A program made the position numbers and the translations under genes. The notes beneath the pieces were generated by a model. The model worked only from the letters and a program-made list of their open reading frames with translations, did not search any database and was not told the DNA's origin. Below, piece after piece: positions 52,424 through 63,805 of a stretch of 64,000 nucleotides of DNA. This DNA comes from Isurus oxyrinchus. Its lineage: Eukaryota. The number at the start of each line of letters is the position of its first letter. Position 1 is the first letter of the stretch. The stretch is from assembly GCA_026770705.1 (NCBI GenBank), contig JANJGN010000031.1, positions 1,426,001 to 1,490,000 on the forward strand, in the 5' to 3' direction.

Positions 52424-55400
52424 TTTTAACTTGAAGTCTTTTACTCAATAAACACAAGAGCGAGAACAGAAGTGTGGACGCCTGTGAGGGGCCAACCCGC
52501 TCTTATCAAAACATCGAGGAAAACACGAAGAGCGGGAGGAAGTGATGAAGATTCGGACACACCTCTCCCTCTGAATGGCCTTTCTGCGACTCCCTCTCGA
52601 AGTTGCTGGGCCCTCCCTCTCTCTGATGTATTGACTCCCCGTACAGCCTGTTAACGTTTAAAGAGAAACTGAACTCCCAGTGAAAACAGTACGATACAAG
52701 ATTTTAGGTTTTGAATAAGAAAAGCTTTACTGTACAAAACTTGTAAAAGCGAGCACTACTAAATTAACATAATATTTTGTAATGACTCTGTTTAAAACCC
52801 ATTTTACTTTCTACTTCCACTCAAGAATTTCTTTATACATTACAAGGTCTGGAGGTTTCATTCACTTCTTCTGAGACAAACCAAGGCACATCACAGTTCT
52901 CGGTAATTCACTCGGTAATTCTCCTCAATGATCCAGCTATTCTCTGATGTGCAAGTGCTTTTGGGATCCTTCCACCAGCATTTGTATAGGTGACTCCAAC
53001 CCTCCTTTGACACCTCCCGATTGTGGATCCCCACAGCTCAAGCATGGGCTTCACCATCTTGCGTAATTACTTTTAAAATCAGAAAATCACCTTTCATTTC
53101 TGACAGCCCTTTGTTATGGTTCTCATTGCTTCACAGCTCCTGGCAGACCTTCTCTCTGCTTTTCTTCAAGCTGAGTGACTGTTTCTGTGAGAAAACATAT
53201 AGATAAAAACCCAAAACAAAAGTTTACCTTCCTGCATTGCATATCTCCATAGCAACGTGTATGTTCCTAACAGAAATGTAAATTATCAAAACAACCCTTC
53301 GATTCTCGGTCCCACACGAATAATTTACATCTCTAATGAGAATAACAACCTTCTTACCAGCTTCTCAGGTTCCATGAAGAAACTCATTGTTTATAAAATA
53401 GTTTAAGAGCTTCTCAAATCTAGAGAGCCTACATGAATTATTTAATAAAACCATGGCTGATCTAATTTTCACCTCAACTTCAAATTCCTGCCTACTCCTG
53501 CTAACCTTTCACCTCCTTAATATCAAGAATCTCTCTACTTCCGCCTTAATGATATTCAAAGACTCTCCCTCAAACACCTTTTGCAGAAAAGAATTCCAAA
53601 CCCTCACAACACTCTGAGAGAGAGAAAAATATCCTCACCACTGCCTGAAATAGGCAATGCCTAATTTTTAAACAGTGCCCCTTAGTTTGAGATTCTCCCA
53701 CAAGAAGAAACATCCTCTCCACAACCACCTTGTCAAGACCCCTCAGGATCTTATATGTTTCAATCAAGTCGCCTCTTCCCTTCTAAACTCCAGTGGATAC
53801 AAGCCTAGTCTGTCCAACCTTTCCTTATAAGACAACTCGCCCATTCCAGTATTAATCTAGGAAAACTTCTCTGAACCGCTTCCAATGCATTTCCATCCTT
53901 CCTTAAATACTGCACACAGTACTGGAGATGTGCTCTCACCAATGCCCTAAATAACTGAAGCATAACTTCCCTATCCTTGTTTTCAACTCCCATCACAAAA
54001 AACAATAACATTCTCTTAGCTTTCCCAATTACTTGCTGTACCTGCATTCTAACCTTTTGGGATTCAAGCACTTGGGCACCCAGAAATCTCTACATCTCAG
54101 AGCTCTGCAATCTCTCACCATTTATATAATATGCTTCTTTTTATGTCCTGCCAAAATGGGCAACTTCACATTTTCTCACATTAATACTGTATTTGCCAGG
54201 TCTTTACCCACTCATTTAACTAATCTATATCCGTTTGTAACCTTCTTATGTCCTCTTCACAATTTACTTACCTACCTATCTTTGGATCAACAGCAAATTT
54301 AACAACAATATCATCATTCCCTTCATGTTAATTATTTGTATAAATTGTGAAGTGTTGAGGCCCCAGCATTGACACCTGTAGCACATCACTCGCCACATCC
54401 CAGCAACCAGAAAAAGACATATTTATGCCTACTCTCTGTTTCCTGTTAGCTAGTCAATCTGCTATCCATGCCAATATGTAATGTCAAATACCACGTGCTC
54501 TTATTGTCAGTAATAATCTTTGATGTGGCACTTTATCAAATGCTTTCTGGAACTCTAAATGTAGTACATCCACCAGTTCGCCTTTATTAACAGTACCTTT
54601 TCCTGTTTCAAAGAACTCCAATGAATTGGTTAAATATCATTTCCCTTTCTCAAAACCATGTTGACTCTGCCTGATGACCTTGAATTTACCTAAGTGTCCT
54701 GTTATAGCATCTTTGAGAACCACTTATGTCATTTTCCCTTTGACAGGTGTAAAGCTCACTGCCCTATAGATTCCTGCTCTCTGTCTCCCTTCCTTTTCAA
54801 TAAAGCAGTTATATCAGGTTTTTTTGCAATCAGAACTAGGCTGTTGAGTTATGATATCAAGAAGCATTTATTCACACAAACAAATCTGTAACATTTGCCC
54901 CAATGATCACTGGATGACTTGGAGGGTCATTTGAAGATTTAAGACCGAAATTGATAGTTTTTTATTGGGTAAATGTATGAATGGTGACAAGGCAGATAAT
55001 TGAAATTAAGATACAGAACAGCTGGAATCTAATTGAATTGTCTGGCAGGTACGAAAGACTCCCGATTTTTCTTGAGTTCTCTACTTGAGGGCAGGTCCGA
55101 CCCACAGCCTCCACCACAGGTGGGGCTAGGAAGCAGGCCACGAATTCACCCTATCCAGAATGGAGATCAAACCCCGTCGCTGTTAGCACCAAACTGATCC
55201 ACACTAGCCATCCAGCTACTTCAACATGTATGTGGGAGCCTGGAATCTCCGACATTCCAAAACATTGCTAACCAGGAATATCTCCCGCTCCCACTGCCTG
55301 CCATTTGCGTGTGTTGGAAGGACTTATACGTTGACACTCAACCTGTTTGGCTGCATTACGAATGTACCTTCCACGGGCATCGAGCCCTATAGTGGGGGAT

Positions 55401-56702
55401 GAAGATAGAGCTTCTGACTCAGAGGCAGGGTCACTACTCGCTGCGCCACAAGACCGCCTCCTGAGTTTCGATTCCTGTTAAACCAACATGTCAGGCACCA
55501 GGGTCTGGCAACAGCTTCGATCGCCTCCTGCTGTCCACTTGGAGAAAGAAACCCGGTGCCTGGAAACACTGGACGTTATATTGTTCTCTTTGTCTCTTTA
55601 TTTCTTTCTTCATTTGTCAAAGCCTTTCTCTTACTTGCTGTTTCATTATTTTCTGCGTCACTTCTTTCTTCCTGTCTTTAGTTTCATTTATTTCTCTATT
55701 CTGACTCTTACATTTTTTTAAACCCTGAAACAGGACGATGAGACTGGGCATGGCCTATGACGTGTTTATTACTTTCTCTGCTCCTGTCTACCTATCCTTC
55801 TTATTTTCATTTTTTCATTCGCCCTTTCCTCGGGTTGGCTACTTTATTTTCTATTGTCCATTTTTCAACCTTTTGTAATGAACACAGAGTTTATAAACAC
55901 ATTCCTGCTGCAGATCGAAAGCCCATCTCTGTGACTCCCGGTCCGCCCTTTATTTACCCGCCAATAAGAACAGCGTAAAAATGCTGAAAGAAGCAAGAAG
56001 CCAGAGTCCATCTCCCCCTCCCCACGGTTCCCATGTCTGTCCCTACTCAGGGGTCAGTTCACTAACTCCACTGATTAATCCCATAAAGGCATTTTACTGC
56101 CCCTCGCTGTACCAGCATGGACTGTATCACACAGAAACAGACCAGTCAATCCAACAGCCTCGTGCTACTGTTTAAAGAGCGGCTTTAATCCTCTCCTCCC
56201 ATGCAAACTGATTTCAACCCTTCAACACACCCTTCATCATTCATCTGTTTATCCAGCTTCCCCTGAAAACCATCTCTGCTCTTCGCCCCATGGTTCCAGA
56301 ATCTCGCCTCTCTGGGAAAATGAGATTTCTCCTGAAAGCCCGATGGGATATATTGTATTATTAATCATCTCATATTGATGACCCCTAGTTCTGGTCACGC
56401 CTGCAAGTGAAAATATCTCCTGTCCATCTCCTTGTTGAACCGCCTTCCATCATGTTAAATTCCTCTATCAGGATAGCAGCCATTCTGGTGGAAACAGCTC
56501 CAGTCTCTTCCGTCTTTCCCGATAGTAACAGCCGCTCAGTTGCTTGTAAATTTGTCTGTGCACCTTTTCCACAGCTTCTATACCTGACATTCAACCCAAC
56601 TGATCTCTTGTTCTTCCCAAAACTGCCTTCACTTTGGTAAAAAGAAACAAGAGGCAGCATCGCCTGGTTTCCTCATTCACAGCTGTTTCCTGCCGCCTTT
56701 GG

Positions 56703-56741
56703 GTGTTTTGTTGAGCTGCTACATCTCTCTGAGTCACTGTG
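56703..56741 (-). other. 23-RSS of V13
   Basis: CACAGTG - 23 nt - ACAAAACAC. Confidence 0.87.
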
Positions 56742-57263
56742 AAGACTCCGGGGGCAGTAATACACGGCCGAGTTATCCGCCCGCAGGCTGGGGGACTCCA
56801 GCATGAACTCGGAGTCTCTTGGTCTCTGGGCGGTGAAACCGTCCACCGGCCCCTTTGGATTTACAATACTGGTCCCTCTGGAGTAAAATAGAAACTGCAG
56901 CTCCTTCCCTGGGTCCTGTCTGTACCAGAACATGTCAGGGTTACTGCTCCCTTCCACAATGCACTCCAGTTCCATTTCATCCCCAGGAAATCCGGAGACA
57001 GCAGCGGGAGTCTGGCGGATAGTCTGTGACTTCACACATGGGAAGGAAAGGAGAGCGGAAGCCGTCAGTGAAGAGGGTAAATTGGGTGTTGGGGAAACAA
57101 AGGAAGGAAAGAGACAAACGTAGAGAAATAGAAAGAAAGACCAGAAGGAGAGAGAACAAGGGAAGGTCAGAAAGTGGAGCGGAAAGCTGGATGCTGAATA
57201 GGAATTGTTGTCTGGAAAGTTCCTTACAGTGAAACATGATTAACGGAGCCAGCAACAGTACAT
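56742..57263 (-). pseudogene. TRBV: V13 V pseudogene (CPRS end); leader 57228-57263, V exon 56742-57037
   Basis: V exon is open, but the acceptor AG is mutated to AT and the leader has a 1-nt deletion (ATG TAC TGT TGC TGG CTC CGT TAA). Confidence 0.9.
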
Positions 57264-57336
57264 CTTCCACCTCAGGTTCCCTTTGAACCAATCTTTATCC
57301 CTGGTAAGAAAACACAGCAAATACAATGCTCCTCCT

Positions 57337-58193
57337 GGCTTGGCCTAAATAGCCAAGTGGTTATGATACTGGGTTTGTAACCCCAAGATCAAGAGTTCAA
57401 ATCTCACAATGGGAAACAATGTAACTTCATCTGAAAAACAGATGGAAACGGTTTGTACTCAAAAGAGATACAGCAGTTCAAGAGGAAAAAATGAGCAGTT
57501 GTGAATGAACCACTTGAGGGCTTGGCCTAAATAGCCAAGTGGTTATGGTACTGGGTTTGTAACCCCAAGATTGAGAGTTCAAATCTCACAATGGCAAAAC
57601 TATGAAATAATGTAACTTCATCTGAAACAGATGGAAACAGGTTTATACTCGAAAGGGTATCAAAAGTACAAATCTCACAATGGCAAACTATGAAACAATG
57701 TAACTTCATCAGAAACAGATGGAAATGGGTTTGTGCTCGAAAGAGTATCAAGCATTCAAAATCTCACAATGGCAAAAATATGAAACAATGTAACTTCATC
57801 TGAAACAGATGGAAACAGGTTTGTACTCGAAAGAGTATCAAAAGTACAAATCTCACAATGGCAAACTATGAAACAATGTAACTTCATCAGAAACAGATGG
57901 AAATGGGTTTGTGCTCGAAAGAGGAAAAAATGAGCAGTTGTGAATGAACCACTTGAGGCTTGGCCTAAATAGCCAAGTGGTTATGGTACTGGGTTTGTAA
58001 CCCCAAGATCAAAAGTACAAATCTCACAATGGCAAATTATAAAACAATGTGACTTCATCTGAAACAGATGGAAATGGGTTTGTGCTCGAAAGAGTATCAA
58101 GCATTCAAAATCTCACAATGGCAAAACTATGAAACAATGTAACTTCACCTGAATAGGAACAGATGGAAATGGGTCTGTACTCGAAAGAGTTAT
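57337..58193 (+). mobile_element. tRNA-Thr(TGT)-headed concatemeric SINE-like insertion (3 heads, 7 ~89-bp units)
   Basis: 12-bp TSD AATGCTCCTCCT (57325-57336, 58194-58205); A box TAGCCAAGTGG, loop TTTGTAA, B box GAGTTCAAATC; absent from the paralogous promoters of V5, V7 and V10. Confidence 0.82.
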
Positions 58194-60700
58194 AATGCTC
58201 CTCCTCCTCCTCCTCACTCTGATTGGTAGCCCAGCCCCTCCCATTCAGGCTGACAGACCCGCCTTTTCCAGTTTCAGCCCCGCCCCTCACTCCCTGCTTG
58301 GATTATGTAGAGCTGCGGGCAACAGGAAGTTGCACATAGGAGTGGGGGGTGGCGGGGGGGGCGCTGTTAGTGGACAGGACAAAACTGGAGGGATCACAAC
58401 TCAGATTCACCAGGACAATGCTGGGGTTTACAGGGGTAAATTAAGAAGACAGGTTGCAGAAACTTTGCTGCATTCTCCTGAATTTAGAATAGTGAGGGGC
58501 GCTTTAATTGAACAGCTCAAACTGGAAAAGCAAAATTGAGGGTGTTTGATAGAAACTTTTCTCTCTGCTGGGAGGACTGCCCAACAAAGTGGAATAACCT
58601 TAAAATTAGAGTTCGGAATGAGAGGTGAGTTTATTGACGCATAGAAGGGTCTGAGGTTGGCTTGCCAGGGCAGATACTGTTCTTCATGGGGGAATCTAGA
58701 ACTAGGAGCAGTTTCAAAAAAAAAGGGTTGCCCGTTTGAAGGAGATGAGGAGGAATCTCTTTGAAAACTGTGAATATTTGGAATTCTCTATACCAGAGAG
58801 CAGTGGAGGCTGGGTCATTGAATATATTCAAGGCTGAGCTAGAGTTTTGAATTATTAGGGAATCGGGGATAATGGATGGGGAAAGGCTGCAGACAAAGTG
58901 GATAAAGCTATAATGAGATCAGCCATGATCTTACTGAATGGTGGAGAAGGCTCGTGGGGCCTGGGTTAACATAATGCATTAATTTTGGCACTAAATTTCT
59001 ACTCAGTTAAAGGGCTTGTTAGTTCAGATAAGATTTTCCATTAGGATGAATGTTTTAATATTTTTGTAATTCCAAAACATAAATTCTTTACAAAGAAATG
59101 AAAGCAATGTTTTCCTCCTTTTACTGTCCTTTGGAAAAATTGTTGAGCCCACCACTTACTGAAAGGAAGCAGGGGATGTTTCTGTCTACCGACCAATCAG
59201 ATGGTGTGATGAGAGTGATTTTCCCTTTGCCCTCTCACCCATTGCAATGTAGTTAAAATCAAGAACTTTGAAAGAATGAAGACAATCAAACTTTCAGTCC
59301 TGCTTTGCTTTTGAATTCAACTACAAGAAAAAAGCTTGTCTGTTGGGTTACCCCTTCCTACCTCTAGATTCTGATCATTCCCTTCTGTGGTTATTTTTGT
59401 TTCTCTGTTGTGCACATTCTGTGCCCCCTCACCCTCGCCCTACCAGCTTCTATTGTCAGCATTTTGAAAAATTTTCTCCTAAGCTGCTAATACACCATCT
59501 CACAAACTGTTCCCTCCCTGCTTCCTCTTTGCTTTGCAATCAGAACGTACAGGATTGTTTCTAACTCTTCAACTTCTAATTCCCCAGGCACATGAAGCTA
59601 TGCAACTACTGTAATTTTACCAACTGTTGATGATCTTTTAAACCTATCATTTATTATTAACTGCAGTGTGCTCCACACTCTACAACCTTCAAACTAAACT
59701 GCGATTGGTGAAATATGGCTGTTTATCACTGAGAAATACTGCTTGACAATTTCTGTAACCTGAAGGGGTACAGAACCAATCCCCCTCCAGTAGGTTGTGT
59801 GCAAGTTGGTCATCTTATATACTGAATGGTGATGCACTAATCTATGAGTTCCTGCAACTGTAAATATCAGTTTTTCAAACCTTTTTTAAGCCAAAGCTTC
59901 AGCTATCCAACTTCCCCTCTCCATATGAAATAAAACTGAAAATATTGGACCTGCAACAGTGAAAGCAAGGATCGTAAAAATCACAAGTAAAAAACCAGTG
60001 GGGAAAACGAAAGTATTACAGAGCCAAGAAAATTAAAGCATCGAAAATATATGAATAATCATACAGGGGATTGAAAAGACCCATTTAGAATAGGATAAAA
60101 CAGAATAAAAGAGAAGCTGAGATTCAGCAGGTAAAGAGAGGTTACCTAACAGCTAAAGGATGGAACCACTTAAAGATATTTCAAAGGGAATGGTTCCTCA
60201 CTGATACCTTTTGGGTCTCCCTTCCTTTTCCTTTTGATGCATTTTATAAGTGGGTTTTCCTACTGTACCAGCTCCAATCGAAACAGCAACCTCCTTGTTT
60301 TCTATTGAATTGTTGACTGACTCGTTTATAGATTTCCAGCATTTTCTGTTTTTATTTCTAATTTCCAGCGTTTCTGCATGTCCCTTTTGATTTATGACTA
60401 ATCAATCTCTGATAGCATTGTACACAGTGACAGAACTTTCCCAAATTTGCTCTAAATGCGGTAGCGGGTGGGTAAAACGTTGTTTTACCCACTGGCCACA
60501 ATGGCAGCTTTACGCAGATTCGTCCCAAACCCGCCTCCTTATTTATGCACTCCTGGGAAACACGCTGCTTCCATGGCGAGCAGATTCTCATTCACCGCCC
60601 GCCATCACCCCGCTGCTGCATCACCCCGGGTGCCATATTTAAAGTCCAGCCACAAGCACACATCCCAGTGCTTCCAGCTCACCACTGCTGCTCCAAAGAC

Positions 60701-62340
60701 ATGGCCCTGAAAGTGAAAATGACTGCAGCCCCCAGGTTCAGCGACACGCCCCTTGATCACCTTTTGGATGCCATGGAGGCTCATCGTGATGTCCTCTACA
60801 CCCGCTGTGGCCGCAGGATGGGCAGCAACCGCACTAATCCAGCGAGGTGGCAGCGGTGGTCAGTGCCAACACCCTGCAAAACAGCACAGCCACCCACTGC
60901 CGCAAGAGGATGAATGATCTCCTCCATCCCACCAGGGTAAGTCACCCTTCTCATCGCTCCCAACTCACACACTCACAAACCCATCACACACCCACAGGGC
61001 CCTCACTCACTGGCGATTGAAGGGACATCACAATTCACTCTCTCACTCTCACCATCATTGTCCTCATCTCATCCATGGGACCACTCATCACCCACACATG
61101 CCAGGCACCTTTATCATCTGGCCCAGCAGGCATCCTGCTTACACTCTCTCCATCTCAATTCATGCAGGACAAGCTGGCACACAACGAAAAGGAGAGGTCA
61201 CAGACTGGTGGAGGAATGTCTGAAATCAAGGTCCTCACAGACTTTGAAAACAGCCATCCAGCTGGTCGGTGAGAATCTGGACTGTTCCTGTGCTGATGGT
61301 GAGGTCGGCGCGGCTCTACCAAGTGAGGATCCAGCAGTGCAACATCCATCAGACAACCATGCTCTGAGTGATGTGTCCTGCTTCACAGGCCGCTGCCATG
61401 CACTAATTATCTCCCCTTGCTTCCACAGGCACATCTGCCAAATGACTGACAGAGTCCATGACCCAGGGCCTCCAATCAAACCCCAAAGAAACCTCTGAAG
61501 AGGAATCTGAAGGCACCCTCCCTAAAGCCCTGTCACAGCGCTCACCTACACACTCCACCAGTGTAGAGACACACACCTCAGTGGGACCTAGCTGTAGAGT
61601 GGCCTTGGGACCACAATCTGGTGCGCACGTTGCACTGTCTAATCCACAGCAGGCAGAGGCAGGGACTTCCCAGGTCCCCGGCACTCGGAGGACTGCTGCA
61701 GGCCAGAACCTTGCCGAGTCCGAGTCAGATGATGAGTCTCTGGACTTAGTCATGTCACAGTTGCTGGAGCTGCAAAGGCAAGCTCGAGAACATCAGGAAG
61801 GGATGTCCACTGCACTCCTCAGATTGCAAGGCACGATGGAGGAGTCTGTCCACCTTCACTCTGGACCAAGGTCAACACTGGCAGGATGGCAGCTGCCATG
61901 GAGACCTTGGTCCAGATGTCACTCCTGCACTGCTGCACTGATGTCATAGTTGGCCTCCTAAAGTGTGTACATGAGCGGGGTGCTGTGCAACATGATCTCA
62001 CTCCAGCTGCCCTTTCTCCTCAAGGAGTCAGCCAGGGACCCTCTGGCACCCATAGGGAGGAGGCCTATCCACCAGCTGACTCTGGGAGTGACTGATCCAT
62101 CCAACTCCCCTTTACTGTGACCTCAGCAGCTTCAGCTCCACAGGCCGAGGAGGGAGCCATTGCCACACAGCAGGACCCCAAAAGCAGGCCGGGGCCCTCC
62201 AAGTCTCAGCCCTCCAGAGCACGCCCACCAAAAGTCACCACAGACAGGGCATAGCAGTCAGCAGTCTGCCCCCACCTCCACTGTGGATGTCCAGGGAGCA
62301 TCAAGACGTAGTGGCAGGGTTAGGGGACAGTTAAGGAGAA
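60701..62340 (+). pseudogene. Harbinger Myb/SANT-like accessory gene, spliced and frameshifted
   Basis: MALKVKMTAAPRFSDTPLDHLLDAMEAHRDVLY...CRKRMNDLL, donor gtaag at ~60937, then acidic/Ser-rich and coiled-coil segments. Confidence 0.7.
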
Positions 62341-63069
62341 CTAGTTGCACAGCCTGGGCACAAGTGTTAATCACTCATATATAATGTTCACTTTTGTCAA
62401 TAAACTCCCAAGAATGTCTCCCAGCCTATGGCTCCTTGCTCTGATGAGCAGGGTTCATGTCACTCAGATGTGAAATCATTCTGCACAAGGTAAAGGCAGG
62501 TGTCTCAGTCCAGGGCCTCTTCCCTGTGTCTGTGCAGCCTTCAGACCAAAGTGATTGTCTAGCCTCACACTCCCTGGAAACATTACTGATGCCTGCACCT
62601 CAGTGGTACTGGTCATTGCTGCCAGAATGTAGTAAGCAGGCACCACAGAGTTCTCTCATTCTCTCTGTGTGCTCTCAGCACCTTTAAGGTGCGGCTGGCC
62701 CCCATCTCTTCAATACTTGTGACCACTGATGCTGTGCCCAGCTCCTGAAGGGCTCAGGTGCTGAGGGTGGACAAAGGATCATATGTTTCTAAAGTTTCAT
62801 TGCTGCACCTCTATGATATGATCCTGATAACATAACGTAAGCGAGCTGCCCTCAGCCAGACAGGAGTCAGACATTCTCAGAGGCTATGTGATGATTTATG
62901 GAGTGTCTTCACTGTGTGCTGTAATCATCGTCCTGCAACTGAGTGACTATTAGGGCCTCCACTGCATCTCCATGACAGGAGCATTATCACAGAGGGTATT
63001 GGCATTGCCAATACATTACATAATGTCGTCAAACATTCACAAATGCGATGTGAGGAACTATGGGGTCTC

Positions 63070-63805
63070 TCCAATGCATATCATCATCATCCTCCACAAA
63101 TCTATCAGCTATGAGAGCCTCATCCCCGTTGTTATTTGTCTCTGAGGATCCCCTCACCCTCATCCCTGTCAGTGTCCTCCTCATCCAAGGAGACCTCCAG
63201 CTCCTCCATCTCCTCCTCTCAATCTCGTATCACCTTTGAAGCACCAGGTTATAAAGGACGCAGCAGACGATGATGATGCATGACACCCTCTGTGGACTGT
63301 ATTGCAGGGCTCCACCAGCACTGGAACCTCACTTTCAGCATCCCAATGGTCTGCTCCACCAAGTTGTGAGCAGCTACATGAGCCTCATTACAGTGTCGCT
63401 CTGCTGCAGTCTGAGGCCGCCACACGGGTGTCATCAGCCACGGCCTCTGTGAGCAGCCCTTGTCCCCGAGCAGCCATCCCTGCAGCTTCTGTGGACCCTG
63501 GTAGACTCCAGGGATCTGTGACCGACTGAAGGTGTAGGAAACTGTGCGCACACCTGCAGGATGCATTTCTGGTGGTCGCACACTAGCTGCACATTCAGCC
63601 AATGGAACCCCCTGCAGTTGATGTAGTTCACCTTGTGTTGTGATGGAGACCTGAGCACCACATGAGTGCAGTCGATCGCACCCTACACCCGTGGGAAACC
63701 TGAGATCTGGGTGAATCCAATTGTTCATGCATCCTGGCTGTCTTAGTCCTGGGAAAAATGCACAAAGTTGTGTTGCCCTTGCAAAGCTGGCATCCATGAC
63801 CTCAA
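63070..63805 (-). pseudogene. HARBI1-family DDE transposase fragment
   Basis: GAIDCTHV..YINCRGFHWLNVQLVCD; GWLLGDKG..PWLMTP..VEQTIGMLKVRFQC; acidic C-terminus; frameshifted. Confidence 0.88.

Larger units (their letters stand above)
60430..63805. mobile_element. Decayed PIF/Harbinger DNA transposon, truncated at its right end
   Basis: Convergent Myb/SANT-like gene (+) and DDE transposase (-); left boundary approximate. Confidence 0.85.

Noticed and set aside
5099-57263. IgH, IgNAR, NAR-TCR or TCR delta identity of the V segments
   Set aside because: CASS/CAWS/CTCS ends, WYRQ motifs, no octamer noticed in the promoters and no interspersed D/J/C clusters favour a translocon TRB V array. This is not formally proven without the C region.
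57337-58193. CRISPR array or functional tRNA gene cluster
   Set aside because: The context is eukaryotic and there are no unique spacers. The heads have broken acceptor and anticodon stems, and the block is TSD-flanked.
60701-63805. Domesticated HARBI1/NAIF1-like host genes
   Set aside because: Multiple frameshifts, deletions and truncation indicate a decayed transposon.
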